DNA of 64,000 nt from Entomortierella parvispora E1425 (lineage: Eukaryota > Fungi > Mortierellomycota), in assembly GCA_020891255.1 (NCBI GenBank), contig BQFW01000004.1, positions 496,001 to 560,000 of the forward strand, in the 5' to 3' direction. Below are positions 60,463-64,000 of the stretch, piece after piece (positions within the stretch are counted from its first letter, which is position 1; each line of letters opens with the position of its first letter). Position numbers and translations under genes: made by a program. A model generated the notes under the pieces. It saw only the letters and a list, made by a program, of their open reading frames with translations. It was not told the DNA's origin and did no database searches.

Positions 60463-63395
60463 TCACAGCTCGAACGTGTCCGTCAGGATCGAAAAGTACG
60501 TCAGCGTGGCCCACAAAGGCCTCGACTTTACGATCTGCCGCATCACCCCAATCTCACCACTGCCCTGCAACTCCCGCTCCGTGTCCCGCCCAAAGCCCTC
60601 CGTCTCCATCGCTGTAAGCTCCACGCGGAGCTTGTCGTCCGGCCCACTGGCGTAATACTCCAGATCCACTCGCCAGCTATCGCTCACATGTCCACCTACA
60701 TGCCGGATCACATAGTGGGTCGAGTATGAGAATGGATCTGACGATCCCAGGGACCAGGATGCTAGATGGGTATCAAAGCTCGCCACAGTCCATATATAGT
60801 TTGGGTGAGTGCACAGCACTGTCAGTCGCCTCAGTCCAGTCTTTGGATCGTACTGAATGTTCTCTGCAATGAGCTTTGGCGCATCCTGGATCAAGTCTGT
60901 GAGTGGCTGGTTGGACTCTGCAATCGTCTTGTTGTTCGTCTGGCTGCGGATATAACCTGTCGTGTCCAGCACATACGACTCCAGGAACTGGTTGAAAGGG
61001 TAGATCGCATTCCAGTCACTCGGGTTGGCGCTCGCACTCCTGAACTGGGCTTCGCTCTTGAACATGGTCTGGACCTCAGTCACGTAAGGCTCGTAGAATG
61101 GGCCTGGGTCCGCATGGGCCAAGTACAAGACGGATTCGCCCGACGTCATGTTGCGGAGGTGCTGCACAAAGACTCTCTTGGGATGGAGCTCATCGTATGG
61201 GTACATGACGGCGGACGAGATCAGGACCGTGATAATGTGCACTGCTACCAATCCGAGGATGATACGCTTCAAGACCGCACGGCCGAATCGGTGAGAGAAT
61301 GCCAGCAAGGGAGGACAAAACACAAACGCAACAAATCCGGACATGACTGCCACAATGTTGTCAACAGGGGCGTCGACACCGATGCGTCCTGTCAATGGAA
61401 TAAACATATCCAAGAGACTGTACATGACAAACGTAAAGTAGGCCGTGGGCAGAGCGGTAATGACAAAGTATGTCGCGTACTCGACCCGAGTCACCTCGGA
61501 ACTGTTCTTGAGCTCGGAAGCTGCCTTTTTGTGGTTAAACATCAATCCCGCAGTAAAGCTCAGAGTGAAGAGTGCAAAGACATAGCTACTAGCCAGACCC
61601 ACAGCAGAGGCTCCCACCAACGTCATCGTGAAGAAGAGTTGCAGCCCCGACAATGTACTGAGCTCGTTGGCTGCAGTACTAGCGCGTTTGTCATGGAAGA
61701 GATATTGGATCGAGAACATTCCTGCGAGCGCCACTGGTCCAAATAATCCAACGGATAGCCATTCGTGCGAGAACCACTGCATGGGGGTGCCGAGAGCTTG
61801 GAGAAGGACCACGGTAAAGTTGGGGAGAAGTAAGGCCACGATAAAAGAGAGTAGAATAGACAGTGTGCCTCGGATGGCTGGACGGGAAACACCAGTGACC
61901 ATGGTAAACAAAGCCAAGCCGCCGATCAGGACATGTGCACGAAGGGCAGCGGTCCAAGAGTACGAGACAAAGAACTGGCCAAAGACATCAAAAAACACCA
62001 CGCTAGATGTGCGTTCGAGATTGACAAGATTGGCGGTCTCTGTCAGGTAGGTAGCCAAAGCTAGAGCATTCTCGCCCATATGCTGAGGAAGTCCGGCCTC
62101 CATAAACTCATCGAGATCAAGGTGCGTGTGGTACAGGTAGCTGTTCTTGTAGACCGCCATATCTAGACCCGTGAGGTTGCCATGGTCGACAAACTGACGG
62201 AAGTCCGTGTCGGACAGGATCAAGCCAGTGGCAAACAGATCGTTCGCCAAGACCGTGCCATGTGGATACGGCACCGTACCGTACGCCTCGATCATCTCAC
62301 GTGAGTTGGCTTGGAAAAGGACCTCAGGTCCACTAGTTCCACATGCCTCGAGGTTGACGACCGCTCGGACCTTATCCTTGAGCTCGTGACCAGTAATGAA
62401 GGAATGCGATGCATCTTGCAGAGACTCCTCACCACCATTGAATACTGAAGCAAGATCGGAGGTTAGTCCAAAAGAGTTAACAAGAACAAGGTATATGCAA
62501 TATATAGACGGGACTTTGGCACAGGGTACTTACAGAAGATGACGCTGTTTTTCTTTGGCGCAGGTCGGAGGGACATGATGCGGATGATCTCCATCATCAC
62601 TCCACACCCCAGGGCGTCGTCCGCTGCTCCAGGGCTTCCAAGGGTGGTGTCGTAGTGGGCATTAAGGAGAATCGAGTTTTCATCGCACTCTGGGCCGCAG
62701 GAGAGCCGTACAATGATATTGGTCATGTTCGTGTACATCTTCATGACCACTGGTATATGATTGTAATGAAGTGAATTTAATTAGCCAAAAGGGTCGATCG
62801 TTACAACTGAGCCCCTCGCTCTCGAAATTGTATTCTTACCTTTTGACATGAAATCAAAGCGATGGGAGCCGTCGCCCACCTGAACCCACATATCAAAGTT
62901 GGGAAGATCATGGGCTCCTCGAAGGGATTCGATATGTGCTTGTTCCCTGAGAGCACTGAGTTCCTTGATAAGATAGGTCTTGGTCTCCTGTTCCTGTTCT
63001 GTGCCCACGACGCGATATCCAATATCGCGAGTCATGTACCTCACGACTTGACGGACATTTTCTTCCGAGAACTGAGGCTGGCCTGTAACGGGATCTCGTC
63101 CTCCGTGGATAGGGGTGGGCAGACTGTAGTGGATCTGGAAGGTAATCATGGAGATCAAGGTCAAGAACCCGAGCAAGAGACCCCAAGCAGAAAAGATTGC
63201 CCTTTTGCTTGAGAACGCCGAGTGCTTCTTCTTGCCTGCTCCTTCCCCATCAAGAGTATTGAGGTCAAAATGACTGAAGGGTGATCGTATCGCAGCATCT
63301 ACCAACTTCTCAGGAGAAAAGATGGCTAGAGGATCATCGTCATTTTCAAAGGCGTTGTTGAAATGGCGCTGCTTGAGGGCACCGATGGCTTCCAT
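60463..63395 (-). CDS. M28-family multi-pass membrane metallopeptidase (ERMP1/Pff1-like)
   Basis: Exons 63395-62840, 62749-62534, 62444-60463; LLNAHYDT, GAADDALG, FNGGEESLQDAS, NLEACG, YLYHT; ~8 TM segments and a lumenal C-terminal domain. Confidence 0.92.
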
Positions 63396-64000
63396 TCAAA
63401 GAGGTATTCTTCCTTTCAAAAATCGTAAAGGATGCTGGGCTGGTTTTGCTGACTGGGGGGAGAGAGTTGTGCTTGGCGTGGAAAGATAGTCGTGAATGTA
63501 GGAAAACAAAGGCACAGAAAGGTCTATTTCTAGTCGTTAAATGCGTTCGGGCAGACGTGTTTGGCTGAGAATCGGTGAAGTTGCGAGAAACGGTTGGAAG
63601 ATGAAGACGAGGACGATGTAGTGAGAAGGAAATGGGGGGCCAAGGGCCGAACGTGCGCGCCAGGAAGGCTGAGGTTACTTCTACTGCAACAGGGAGGGTA
63701 TGTGGATGAGCGAGGGGAGGAAGACAAGGAAGAGGAAAAGAGAAAGAATGGAAGAGAAGAATGAAAAAAGAAAGAAAAAAAAGCCACGGATCCCGATGCA
63801 TCACTCAAACCAACTCGCCCCTCCCGTGCATCCGCCCTTTCCTCCTTTGGCCATTTGCTTCGCTCGCGTGCTCGAGTCCTCTCGCCGTGACCACCGCCCC
63901 CATGGTTCTCGTCTCACTGGACACTGAGTCTTCTCTCTTACTTTAATGGCCATAGGCACTGGCTTGGCAAGTCAAGAAGATTGCGGCACATGGCAGGCAG

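Noticed and set aside
1-64000. tRNA, rRNA or snRNA genes
   Set aside because: No cloverleaf/T-loop context or rRNA-like stretch recognised by eye; tRNAscan-SE/Infernal would be needed to exclude them formally.

Overview
Eukaryotic genomic DNA with GT-AG spliceosomal introns (one GC-AG). It is most likely from an early-diverging fungus such as Mortierellaceae/Mucoromycota; this is inferred from gene content and intron style, not verified. Host genes in order: RRB1/GRWD1 (-, runs off the left edge), TIM9 (+), an ~1,830-aa class-2 DYRK/Pom1-like kinase (-), a large Cys-rich repeat protein (-), a secreted/GPI-type A1 aspartic protease (-), an uncharacterised membrane-anchored protein (-), an FCP1-homology HAD protein (+), PEP4 (+), an amino-acid permease (-), a GH16 beta-1,3-glucanase (-), the cohesin loader SCC2/NIPBL (-) and an M28 ER-type metallopeptidase (-). 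Two accessory blocks stand out. (1) At ~17.9-25.9 kb, an intron-containing, ~1,640-aa Fanzor/TnpB-like RuvC nuclease gene has an intact D/E/D triad and Zn ribbon, a hairpin-bearing 3' tail (candidate omegaRNA) and a co-oriented decayed DD34E Tc1/IS630 transposase. This block appears to split the Cys-rich gene. (2) At 40.6-49.85 kb, a TIR-bounded Mutator-like element encodes an Ulp1(SUMO protease)-FAR1-DDE-SWIM fusion transposase and carries an apparently catalytically dead Harbinger nuclease plus a Myb/SANT-like partner. Exon coordinates were read by eye and may be off by a few bases. No database searches were run.
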